Shown: piece by piece, positions 1 to 12,291 of the stretch
Numbering within the stretch: the stretch's first letter is position 1
Layout of the letters: every line of letters begins with the position of its first letter
Assembly: GCA_040954595.2 (NCBI GenBank)
Contig: CM082581.2
Coordinates: 7,211,959-7,275,958 of the forward strand
DNA from: Balanoglossus misakiensis
Taxonomy: Eukaryota; Animalia; Hemichordata
Length of the DNA stretch: 64,000 nt
Direction of reading: 5' to 3'
The notes under the pieces: model-generated
What the model was told of the DNA's origin: nothing
Databases searched by the model: none
The model's input: only the letters and a program-made list of their open reading frames with translations
Translations under genes and position numbers: made by a program

Positions 1-621
1 AGTCAGCAGACGAACACCAAAGCAAGTCCTCGTTCCAACTTCGAAAGACTCAGGCGACCGCAACGGTTGAGTCCGCGCCCCCGAACTTTTTGCGCCCCGG
101 AAGAGGCGAACGACCCGCCGCAGTTCGTGCCAATCCAATTGACCAAAAGTAACAAAGTGACTGTGGCTTTCGAAAACTACCTGAATACTAACGCGAAACC
201 AAAAAGTGCCAAGCTGCACAGACGACCTGACGCGAGAAGTTCTCCCGCCAAAAGCAGGGACGGCGACACGGACGACAGGTACGATTCCGCGACTCCCAGG
301 GTGCACTTCGACGTGAAGTCGATGATCCGGAAGTACGCGCCCGGGGGCCAACAGACTTTGGCTGGTCGGATCGTGGACTCAAATGACGTCATGGTTGACT
401 TGAATCGTGCAGCGGAACAATCAAATGATGCAGACGTCGTCGGCGTGTCGGACAGTCTCGGCCTCGAGTCGGACGAGATCTCCAAGGCAACTCTCATTAA
501 CCAGTGGCTGGATGACTGTATCGACCAGCAGAAAAACAAAAGGACGCTAGTTTTGAGTTTCCCAAGCATCGGGGAGGAAGCGGAGGGACAAGAGGGAGAG
601 GAGGGGGAGGAGGAAGAATAA
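1..621 (+). CDS. 3' part (terminal exon, 5'-truncated by the window) of an unidentified, largely disordered protein with an acidic C-terminal tail
   Basis: Frame 1 is open from base 1 to TAA at 619-621. It is GC-richer than the AT-rich UTR-like sequence that follows and ends ...INQWLDDC...FPSIGEEAEGQEGEEGEEEE. No family recognised. Confidence 0.75.
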   Translation, partial: SQQTNTKASPRSNFERLRRPQRLSPRPRTFCAPEEANDPPQFVPIQLTKSNKVTVAFENYLNTNAKPKSAKLHRRPDARSSPAKSRDGDTDDRYDSATPRVHFDVKSMIRKYAPGGQQTLAGRIVDSNDVMVDLNRAAEQSNDADVVGVSDSLGLESDEISKATLINQWLDDCIDQQKNKRTLVLSFPSIGEEAEGQEGEEGEEEE

Positions 622-1974
622 AGCACCCGAGTACAAGACCCTAAAAGTAGGACATCTCGCCATATATCTAAACTGTGTGATTGCAAACTGTCATCATTCT
701 TGTGAAACAAACGTGACATTATACCTAGGACTACCTGCTTTTGGACACGGACATCGGACATGACGTCAGATAATGAAAAATATTAACCTTGAAGACAGCA
801 AAATTATTTAATTTGCGTATTTACCAAACGTATACCAAACTATTTATTTTCCTCTGGAACATAAACCGTGAGCTGACTTACTCCAAACAACTATTTTTGA
901 GTGGTCAGAAATGATATTGTACGTAAAAGGAATTATTTAAATAATTAATAAGAAGATTCTGCTCCAGTTTTCCCAGAGAAGCTCGGTCTAGTTACATTTC
1001 ACCAACGTTTTTAACTTCTGCACATGTATGTCTAGCTTGTTACGTCACACGAATAAAACATGGCGGCAGGTCTACGTCCAACTTTAAGACTGAATATGGT
1101 TGGCTATTCTAGACTTTTCAAAGGGGGGATTTACATAGACAAAATACCAGGATCATAAGGTCGTATAGAGATTATTATACGTCACAATGGCGCATTGTAA
1201 TTGTTATAAGGCCGTCGTCATGTTTTATCCTCAGTTTCAATGTATAATCGTTTGACTACACGCAGTATACGTCATGAGCCATCAAAAAGACGTTAATTTT
1301 TCGATGCCAGTTTTTATATAACATTTGTAACATTTTCTACCCATTATGAAGTTTAAAAATTCACGGCGTTTTTACAAACCACCGTGCCCTTATCTCGGTC
1401 CGTCCACGACATTTCTTATATTATTGTGTAGTTTATGCAGACATGTTTTGAAGTATGTGTGTATTGTGAAAACATTTCATCAATAGAATTGAATAATTCG
1501 GGAAGTCTTGACTAGTTTAAGTTATCATAATTCGCTGAAGTTATATTCTTGCGCTATGGTGTACAGTTTTTTTTGAAGTTGGAACGTTAGCATTTCTTTC
1601 ATTATTTACAACTTCGGATTTCCCGGGAATCTCCACTCTTCAAAATGAAATTGTATAAATAACCACAGTTCATTTTAGTGGAGGGACTGTGAAATTGGAT
1701 ATGCATAAACTTTGACATGGAATGATTTGCATATAAGTTGAGAAGTAACTTTCGTAACGGTGTGCACATTTCGAAATCATTGTGTGCGTTTCTTTCCCTG
1801 CGAGTTTGCCGCGCGTTTAATGGTGAAATTGTAGCATAAGGCGACGCCAACAAATAATTCACGCATCGATTGTCCGTGAGTGTCTGTGGAGTTTCACTCA
1901 AAACTATATGTATATGCATGACATTGTTTCTTTTCATGGTTGTACATATGAAATGACCTTTGTTGTACTGTAGA

Positions 1975-1980
1975 AATAAA
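1975..1980 (+). terminator. Probable polyadenylation signal of the first gene
   Basis: AATAAA followed 15-30 nt later by a GU-rich tract (TTGTGTAAATTGTTGGTCGTGTCGTG), at the end of about 1.35 kb of AT-rich UTR-like sequence. Confidence 0.5.
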
Positions 1981-4890
1981 AGAAAATATTTTGTGTAAAT
2001 TGTTGGTCGTGTCGTGCTAATATGGGAGAGAGAGAGAGTTGATGACTTCCTTGAGCTGTACCAGTGAACGACACGAGGGCCGCAGTGGAGTTCAATATCT
2101 GAACGATTGCGCGACGCGAGTATTAATTATCACCCGGCCTGCAACACATTCAGCCAACACCTGCGATCTTGGTATGCTAAACAACTTCAAAATCACACCA
2201 ATCAATGACAAGCTTACAAAATGCGCTTGGTGATTGACGCATATCGATTGAATAGTTTTCAGCCAGCGCATTCGCCGCGGTCAGTGAGGTGCCACGAGTC
2301 CATCATTCGGAAGTCAATCTTTGACGTAAAAACATCATGGTCATGGAATGTAGTGACAACAACGACCAATTCATTGTTCTGAGCAATTATCGACACCCGC
2401 GTGGAAGCGTGAAAGTGAAGGTCATGACTGTGACGATATGGACTGGATTTAGGAGATAATGTGTGTAAACCATTGGATATGAAACGTGGCTTGACGAAAA
2501 TCGACGGTGCCTTTTCTCCCGTGGCCTCCATCACGCAAGTCCTCCACTGTAAGTAACAGTTTTCTTTCATTTTTCTCGAAACATGTAAATTTAATGTTAC
2601 TGTATCAGTGATTAGGAATTCTCGATTGTACGTAAGCAAAGGAAGTTCTAGTGCGGCGAAACCCCCACCCCCGAAATGTTCAGTCGAAAACGTGCGCGAG
2701 GTAGAAATGAAACCCTGGTCAAAGGTCAAGCCCTGTGCCTATAGTATGCACACCTGGACCTGTTATCTTGTTGTAAGTGAACGTTATTATGCAAGGTACA
2801 GTGCAACAATGGGCATACAGTGCACTGCAATATTTGCATATTGCACTGCACCTGTGCAGTATCTAAGCGAACAAAACATGCAAAACGCAACAACACAGAT
2901 TATTTTGTAGTAGACATTAGCATTAGGGAACTAACCACTACCTTGATAAGTTCACAGTGAAAATAATTTATTAAACAAATAAAATAAAATAACGCAAGAA
3001 CTGAGCTTATTTAAATGTGTAAAAATACTTTATTGCGAATAATTCAGGGAACTGCGCATGTGTCCCACTGAAAATGTGCCACGTCATACAAACGCCACGC
3101 AGACAAGCATGCCCGGCGTCGAGTCTACATACAGGTAAAAAGTCTTGAATTGGTGTTCAAAGCACTACAGCTGGTAGAGACTTGTGCACAAAAATTTCCT
3201 CGGCATGTGTGTTCAATGAATAGTAACTGGACGTAATTAGTATGATTTGTAACACGACATAGATTCCAGGGGAGGAGAGAAGACACGTACATGTATATTG
3301 ATTGATCATAAACGTTGTAGCAAAAATATCATAAGAATTGATGATAAATATCCAGTACCAGTTATTACATTCCAGCCGAGACACAAAATAGGTAGTTGTC
3401 GTTGGGGGCGCTCTACATGAAAAGCGAACTACAGTATGGTGTGCCAGATTTGCGAGGTTTCAAATACATGTACATTGTACCACGTGTGTAAAACACAACC
3501 CTCTAAACGGATATACCTGCGTGAACAATAAGTTTGGCTGCAATGTGCACTTTCGATAACTTTTAGTTGAAGTCACGCCAAAGCAGCAGTCTCTAACCGA
3601 TACACTTCTGGGGTAAAAAAATCATTGCACTGTTCTTCGTAAATACGAGCAGATCTCCGAAAATTTGCGTAACATGAAAACACGTCTGCTTCGTCGTATA
3701 GTTTTAGTATTGCATCTCCATTCCAACAATACAATATCAGGAACACTAAAAACATTTTAAAAGCAGTAACTAACCCGCGGAAGGCGCACTTAACGAATCG
3801 TCACCAGGTGAACTATAATAATAAGTAAACTTGGCAGTATTTCTTGAACCTATTAAAAACGACACTCGCAATTCTCTGTGACGAGTTACCAAAACGCTCT
3901 GATCCGGGTCACCCGCCCCACACGACGGTCCGCCGATGAATACTCGCCGGCCGGGAGCGAGCCTGAACATTAACTTACGCACGCGCAGAAAGGGCCAGTC
4001 ATCACCCGAAGATTTACGTCCACATAGTGTAGAGGGTGCTTCACACTAAATCTAGCTCGAAAATTCTCGAACATTTTTGTTGCTGTCACCAACTGTAAAT
4101 CGACTCTGCTATGCTTACGCAAAGAGTAAAAAAATTAAACACAACAAATTTGTCGTGTCGCCATTCGCCTGCATGTACTATGCACCTAATATGTCATCTT
4201 AATACATTATAGCAGTGTGCAGACTATTAAATGCGAAGGAGGTTAGATATTTTTGATCGGTTCAAAACTTGGGTAATAGATCTTCTCGCACACGCGACCT
4301 CTTTTTATAAACTCCATTCGACCTTTTTGCCTTTCGTACTAGTTTTCACCAACCACATGGAAAATCCGAAGGGATGGGGGGGGGGGGGCATTCGGCCAAG
4401 CTGGGTGAACCTCTGTATTGGGAAGTTAGGATGAGGGGAAGGACGATTTTCTAGCGCCGCGCCGACCACCACTGCGCTTGTCTGCAGCAAATACCGCCAA
4501 ACAATAATGTTGTTCTGCAAAAGCCTAAGGCATGTCAAAGGGGACCGTTTCGTTAGTATGACCGTAACGCTATTATGGGGGCGCCCTTGCAAGTGAACCG
4601 CGATCTTTGGAGAGAGTTAAAAATAACAAGAAAATCATCTGGAACGCTGAGTGGGCAAACCTTTTGATCATCGGTGCCAATAAATTAAACATCATCTTTT
4701 TTTCTTAATATAAAGCAGTACTGCCGTTTTTTGTAACCTGAAAATTTAAATATTCAAATGGTAACTTCCACCGGTTGTACAAACAATACCGACCGCGGGG
4801 CTGGGGTGACGTGAGGATGTGCTGGATGACGAAACACACAACTGACGTGACAGTCAAGAAAAGTCCACGGGAAAACACAATAACTGTTAT

Positions 4891-6179
4891 TCATTCGTCG
4901 TCGGACTCATCCGTTGAGACCTGCGAGGATGACTCATCATCCTCATCCTCTGTTGTGTCCACCGTCGACGGAAGTTGATGCCAGTGTTCCAACTTCCCTT
5001 CGTCCATTTCCACCTCACACGTCACCTCCGTGCCCAGCTCGTGGGGCTTCACGTCCGACTCCTGCACGGTCTCCAGCCAGCGCCGGCAGCGCACGTCGTT
5101 CTCCCTGAGGTAAATGCGGTCGTCGTGCACCGACTGCTTCAGGTTGAACTCCATGGGCTTGGTCTCCGAGAGGCTGATCACCAGCTCCGCCTCCGGCAGG
5201 TCGCGCTCGTCGATGGTCTGCAGGCTGCGCGTCCGCCGGATCTTCGGCGGCACCCGCCTCGGCTGTTGCTCGTTGCCGTGACAACAGGTGAACGGCTCTT
5301 TGCAGTACGCGCACCTCATTCCCGCGACGTTGGCGTTGTTCGAAGAGTCACCTGCGGTTGGTGGGCCCGAGGTCGTTGGCCCCTCTGTTTTGCACGGGCT
5401 GTTCTCCTCGACAAAGTTTTGCCACGACGGCGGTTTCGGTGGCTTGTTTTGAGGCAATTGTTCAGAAGGCAGTGACCCTGCGATCGTGTATCTGGAAATG
5501 TTACTCGACGTTCGGTGCAGCTTGCCAAGATGGCGACCCAGGGCATGGGCAGGCTTAGTTACCTGATCTATTTTAGAAATCTGTTTTGTACCACGACTGA
5601 TTGAGTTTTTACTCGAATTACAGTCCAACTTTAGATCGCTCAAATCGGTCAGCGCCGGACAAGAATGCGCCGCCTTTAGAACACGACCCGCATGTCTTTT
5701 CTCCTTGGCTTCATTCTTACCCATTGCCGATGTGACGGGATGACTCTTCCGAAGTTCTCTGCCGAGAGAGTTCGTCACACCGGGCCGCTTTGTCACCGCA
5801 CTCTCGGAATCAGTGGGTGTGACGGCGGTTTGCAACCGGGCCGGCGTGCTGTTTTCCCTGACAGTTTTTCCATTTTCCGCCTCGCTGAACCTCTCTGCGC
5901 TGCCCAGATGCGGTACGGCCATGCGTGTGCCCATTTTCTCATGCGATTTCCTCCGCTGTTTGTTGCCCGACGTCGCACACTCTTGACTCTTGTTTGAACC
6001 CTTGGCGGCGGCCGCCTCTCTCCTCTCCACGCCGCCCTTCACGCAGTCCTGGCGGCCCCTCGAGCCGATCTCGGCGGGCAGGCGGGTCTTGACCGCCGTG
6101 TCAGACATACTGTTTGCCGTGTCGCGACACGTACCAGTGTCCGCTGTCTGTGAGCGCGGTGGTGATCGTATCATCGGAC
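4891..6179 (-). CDS. Large terminal coding exon (about 429 codons) of an unidentified, mostly disordered protein with a CxxC-x5-CCH cluster and acidic tail
   Basis: Long ORF with GC-rich third positions in its C-terminal third. Strong minus-strand acceptor TTGTCTTCTTCTCACGTTTCACAG|GTCCGATG (AG at 6181-6180); in-frame ATG at 6174; stop at 4891. The track extension to 6285 is intronic. Confidence 0.8.
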
Positions 6180-7785
6180 CTGTGAAACGTGAGAAGAAGA
6201 CAACACTATATAATACACGGTCTGTATTGGTTGAAACCAGTAACCACACTTTTACCTTAATCAGATATGCCAGACTTGCGTGCACAACTGAGAAAAACCG
6301 AGCGGCTTTGCCGAAGGTGGGATGTCACGTCATACTACCGTGTTCACTTCCCCCACGCCCGAAAAGTAAACGCCTTACTGGTATTTTACACTGCGGGATT
6401 ATTATAACAGCCGTATCATTTCTGAATAATCACTCAGTTGATCCATCCAGAATCTAATATTACGTATATCTCTTTGTGCTACATGAATGCATGTCCGTCA
6501 ACTGGACGCCAACAACAGGTAAAGAGCGAAAACTCGAGAACGTGTTGAGGAAAGGCAATCACGTTTATTTTGAGTGGAGTTTCCCCCGTGTCAATCAAAT
6601 AAAATAAAGACGTGATTTTGATGTGAACTGCAGCTGCAGGAAATAGGTGTAAACAGGTCGCAAAGCTGGCAATCACAGAAAACAGAATAGCGAGAAAGGG
6701 GTTATGTGTCCAGAATTCATCACCAGTTTCACCCAACTTGCAGTAAATTTGTACGTTTGCGGCGGTATATGATGCCACCCGACAACAAAGCCAATTTTAG
6801 AGAGACTATTGAGCAACTTTCATAAAGTACGCCTGAATAATCGGGGAGAAAAATGAAACACGACGGCGACACTCGAATGTTTTGGAAGACACTTCGCAAA
6901 GCTAATAAATTCTGGCCATACCCGATGTTAAAGTGTAAATATTCCCTCGGCAAATATGCCAAACGCTCGTTTGTAGTTGACCTTTGGTGCGCATTGAAAT
7001 AGCTTTGCTCGATACGGTACCCTCAACCAAAACAAACAATATGCAAATATTACTTGGGCAAGAAATGATCATGCCCGTCATGCTTTGCTGTTAGTCCATC
7101 ACCAGAGGCTGGGCGGGTATATGCCCTTTTGCAGTTTATGTTTCCTGTTTTATCGGTTGCGTGTCTGTCGTCTGCTTAAATTTTAATTTGAAAAGACAGT
7201 GACACATTTACTCCAAATCGAGAACAGCGCACCATGTGCGGTTTTTTTGTGAGCATTTTGATTCGCAATGCAGTAACTCTACCAAAAATTAATAAAATAA
7301 AAAAGCCAAAGTGATTCCCATGAACACTTGCTTTTGATCACCATTTGCAAACAGAAATAGAAATAAAAATATAAAATTTGTCATATCGGCCCAATGGAAG
7401 CAGTTATAACTCATAAAAGGATTACTTCCAGGTACATGCAAATACATTTTCAAAGCAAACTGACTATTAGTTCCCATATACCTCATGTAACCAACCTCTT
7501 CTCAACTAAAGAATGCGTAACATAACAAAACCGGTCTCATCTGTGCACATCAAGTCATCGCCTACATCGACAGAAGTCCTGTTTAATGTCTGATTTCATA
7601 GTTTATATAACCACAAACATCCATGGAGTATGTTTTCACTGGAAGTGTAATTCCATCGCTGATATTTTTCTTGTACCGTAAATTAACACAACTTTGTTAT
7701 GACATCTGCTGTCTTTTATTACAATTTATATTTGGATCGTGAAATATTCAAATGAAACCCCGCAGAACATACATTTGGTATATGC

Positions 7786-7968
7786 TGTATGTATGTATGT
7801 ATGTATGTATGTATGTATGTATGTATGTATGTATGTATGTATGTATGTATGTATGTATGTATGTATGTATGTATGTATGTATGTATGTATGTATGTATGT
7901 ATGTATGTATGTATGTATGTATGTATGTATGTGTATGTATGTATGTACATGTATGTATGTATGTATGT
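7786..7968. repeat. (GTAT)n microsatellite, about 45 units
   Basis: Direct reading; it explains the MYVC/HTYI ORFs in the track. Confidence 0.98.
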
Positions 7969-8866
7969 AATGTCGTGTGTCCATATGTGTCTAAACTTAT
8001 TCTTCTGCATACATATTTTATTTTCGAATTTTATGTGAGTTTTGATCTCACATTTTTGATGAACTCCCAAGCAATAGATGGGTTTGTTAACATTATGGTA
8101 ATATCAACTTCCGTTCTCGCCATGTTTTTTCACGAATTAAAAATAACTCGTCATAAATAAAACTTGTCAGGTCAGGTCCGGTTGTATAACTGGTAGGATG
8201 TCTACGCAGAAATCTGTGTTATAACCTTGAACTTACTGTTCTTTTAAGGTGTCACGCTTTTTGCAGTTTTAACATTTTAACACACCCCGGCTATTTTAAG
8301 GGCGACCTCACTGAATAGCAACGCATTGGGCTCATGAAGTGAGGCCTCAAGCTTATAAATATCAAGGTCAGGGTTAATACGCACCGGGCTGAATTCTGCT
8401 TAATTACTAATTAAGACTGACACTCTATTCGCCGGGTTTTCCTGGCATTGTCTACTGAACACTTGGCCGGTCGTTGAAAACACCACCAACTGGTCGGTTC
8501 TAGTTTTCATCTGGCATTTTACAGAAATACTGACAATCGAGGGAGGTCCCCCTGCCGAAATAGCTCCGCTTGGCTAGCCAAGATGAGGAATTGAAATACG
8601 TGATGATAGCTCGCACCAGTCGTATTGTTTTATGGCCTGGGTCATTAGTGCTACTGCAAATCAGTTGGTTCTGAAATGACTTGGTCGTAAAACTGAAATA
8701 CCACTGTGGCACAGATTTTGAAGTTTATGAGCAGAAAAAAAGGGCAACGCATCTCGTTTAGATTACGTATCTCTTTTTCGAGTTTCACTCTACGCTACAA
8801 CGGCGCTTGTGCCATCAGCGTTTTGAGCATACTATCCGATGGTATACTAGGCCTGTAAACTTCCCG

Positions 8867-8964
8867 TATCATCATTGACATCATCATCATCGTCATCATC
8901 ACCACCATCATAGTCACTACCACCACCACCATTATCATAATCATCATCATCACCACCACAACCA
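8867..8964. repeat. Degenerate (CAT)/(CAC) trinucleotide repeat
   Basis: TCATCATCATCGTCATCATCACCACCATC... tract. Confidence 0.85.
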
Positions 8965-11900
8965 CGCGCCATGTGACTTCTTCGCAGACACCCTTTGTAT
9001 GGCACGCAATCGGAACACAGGAAGTAACATTTCACATTTAGGAAAAATAAATAACTTTACCGAAATAGAAGCAGCTAATTCAAGAAGCTGGGTTCTATGT
9101 GTTCTAGACCGGGGTATGTATGCCCTTTTGCTGTATACATCTGTATAATATACTGACGAAAACTGCGGTTTACTCGCGTATGAGACCCTCAGAGTGGACA
9201 TTTCCGGGTCACTGTACTTCTCGCGATACTCTGACGGTGCGTCCCGACAGGGACTTTGTTGGAAGTCAGGAGATACGTGTTTGTTCTTTTATACTACAAA
9301 ATCTAAATCGGAGTTCTTATCTTTGTACACTTGCTGTATTTACGTGACCTAACCCGGCACTGAAATTATGGCCACAATGTGAAAAGACATCATTAGTTTC
9401 TGTGTCTGTAAAAACCACAAAAGTCAAATATGAAAACGTTAGATTAATGAACGTCAGATGCAATTCACTCTACTACAATGGCGCATGTGCCCACGCACAT
9501 ACGCTTGGCTTGACTGTCTTGCCAGACACCTATATTCTGAAAGTGTTGTCGAGACGCCAGATTGCCCGAACCGTCTCTGATTTCAGTTTAACACGGTGAA
9601 CTTTCCCGCTGAAAGTCAAGAGTAGAAAGACCGACACCGTCTACCCTGCGTTCCCAATGACGAAGTTGATTTATCAAGCGTACACGTCAATATTATGACA
9701 GGCGATCGTGACAATTATGCCGGTTTGCTATGACACACTTTCAGTTGTCATTAACCACGTGACCATAGCCATCGCGACGAAGTTTGCCTGATTTATCATT
9801 TTACAACTTAAAATACCAAAGTAAAAGGTCAAAAGGTGACTGAACCCCCAAAGTTCACAAATATATCGTGTCACAACGAAGTATTTCTGCCGTCAAATTC
9901 AGGTCACACGACGTATTACGCATTTTATGAAACCGATACACGGTCCAGTGTAATAACCTTGATGTCATAAGACTCCAAACAACCGCTTCGTGAACGTGAC
10001 CTAAGTACCAGAGCAAAAAAACTTGTCAAATTTGCAGATAAAATGGCACTGCGGAGACCCCGAAAACTTTCGTTTTCATAAAGATGACCCAACTAAGGTT
10101 AACGTCCAAAGGTCAACACTACATCGATTTTGGCAAACAATACGTCTTTTAAAGTTATGCTGTAGTCGGTATATCGATTGCAGTAGTCACACTACAGTCT
10201 ACAGTGATTTGACAATTCATCAAACCCGCATTTTTTCACATTATAAAATATCTTCGATGAAATTTGAGTTTTAGAAGACAAAAACGATTCGTCGCAGGCG
10301 TCTTATTACGATTAAAGATTTGGGGGTATCGAATATTTGACATTCCATCGCTATTATCGCAGAACTGTGTTCGTTGTACACAACAGGCAGGCCAACAATG
10401 GTATATATTGTAATCTTCTGACCCACCATCTAGAGCCAAGACGTGTCCTGCAACTGGGAACAATCCGCAGCTAACCTTGACCGAGTTGATATTCGGCTGT
10501 GACCTTTCCGCGTCGATAAATTTGAACAATAAACACAGTACAGAGAGGAATTTTAATTCTTTTACTTATGAAATGCAGAAGTTACTAGTAGTACATGTAG
10601 TCTCATCGTCGTCAAAAGAAATTGAAGAAGTACGATATAATGTGTTAAAAATATACAGAGTGGATTTGCTTTCACTTTTCATTATAAAATTACTTTAGGA
10701 AAACCATAATTTTTTTTAATTCACGCACGCCCCTTCTTTTGAATGGGAGCCAGAAAAAATAACAGCGGGGGGCAAACGCGGTGATGAAATGTTATTTTTT
10801 TTTCTGCAAATTTTACCTCCAGGACAGGGTCACATTGACGACGCTTCGAAGGTGACACGGGTTAGGAACACTGGTCAGTTCAGCTGGCCATTTACCACGT
10901 AATATATATCATTCTGAAAAACGAGGAATTATCGCGGTTAACACGTTTACGCTTCAAGTTGTCCGGATGCGGATTACGCCTGACACTTTCTAATTTGTTG
11001 TCAGTGCGCGGGTCCCTGTGTATAATAAATCCGCTGAACTCGTTGGAGTCGCTACACTCGGCCATGTCTGATTGAAGGCTGGCTTATACAATCAAAAGCT
11101 TAATTGCGTAGTTCCGTGTGTTCAAGCGCCTTCACGGCGATCAATGTGCTGTTTCTGAGTGTGTACGTTCGAGGGACTCGACTCGGTCGCGCAGTGTGAG
11201 CGCGCGGCGATCGCGAAGAGCGTATATACTTTTATAGTCAAGATGCAGACAAACACAGGAACACTGGCGAGCAATGAACCGGAAGTGCTGATGACAGAGG
11301 GATGTTGAAATGCTTTGATTAGCGTAAATGGCGCATTCTCTTCCCACAATTATGTCTCACAAAGGGCGAAATAGAATGGGAGTATTGAGGGAACACTGGC
11401 GATGGCCATAGGTCACACTTGCCTGACACGTCGACCCCCGCGCGGACAAAGCTTGTTACCTGTGTGAAACAACAGCTTCATTCATCATGATCCACCCGCT
11501 CACATTTTTTGCCAACTTCCCTAGTACCTTAGATAGACCTTGGCCGCGGTCGTTAAGTATTGACGCGCAGCTGCTCTTCAGAAAACTCTTATGTCTAATT
11601 CCTGTGTTGAAATAAATTCGCGATGTATTTAAAAGGAGCCCAGTGCAATTTTCGCGAGGGTCACACTCCAGTCTTTTGTAAACAAGGTTCACTGTGTGGC
11701 ACGAACCTCCTTTGAATATAGAAGCACATACCTTGGCGGGCCGTCCAAAACAAATACCTCCACGTTCACGCCGACTATCGCACAAAAAACTCGCTTGCTG
11801 TTCAGTGAAATTATCAAATGGTCATGTAAATCGCCTCCCTTTAGGAGGTGAGTTATACCAAGCGAAGTCACGTAGGCCACATTCGAGCACCCATCGCAAA

Positions 11901-12191
11901 ACTGCCGAACGGTACGATTCATTCGGAAAACCGTCACGGTTCCCATTCGCCTCAGAACAGCACTAACCCCGAGTTCCAGAGAGACTTTGAAGGCCGCAGA
12001 CCCGGGGCTACACTTCGATACCCGGCTGCGTGTCTCCACCGCGGTGTGTTTCGGTGGCTGCGCCCGATAATTACCAAAATAGCACCCAATACTCTCCGAT
12101 TATTTAAGCTACGAAGCTATAAATACCCTCCCTGGAAGTAAAAAAGAATCGTTATGCTTGCTCGGGTCTAATTGCTCGTCCTAATACTTAC

Positions 12192-12291
12192 CCGAGCCGC
12201 AGAGGAATTGTATGTGAAACGTTAGAAGTCTCTGCAGAAAGCGCTTCCGTTCACGATGGTCGCCTTCGCCGGTAACCGTGCGCCTAATCAT
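12192..12291 (-). CDS. Candidate upstream coding exon of the minus-strand gene (MIRRTVTGEGDHRERKRFLQRLLTFHIQFLCGS-G)
   Basis: Donor CGG|GTAAGT at 12191. ATG at 12291 gives 33 codons + 1 nt, matching the phase-1 acceptor at 6179. The phase match has a 1/3 chance probability and other donors exist (about 16420, about 23985). Confidence 0.3.

Noticed and set aside
177-761. 194-aa minus-strand ORF
   Set aside because: Antisense shadow of the + strand exon.
4914-6457. Several + and alternative-frame ORFs over the minus-strand exon
   Set aside because: Shadow ORFs of a GC-rich coding exon.
7726-8160. MYVC/HTYI repeat ORFs
   Set aside because: Translations of a (GTAT)n microsatellite.
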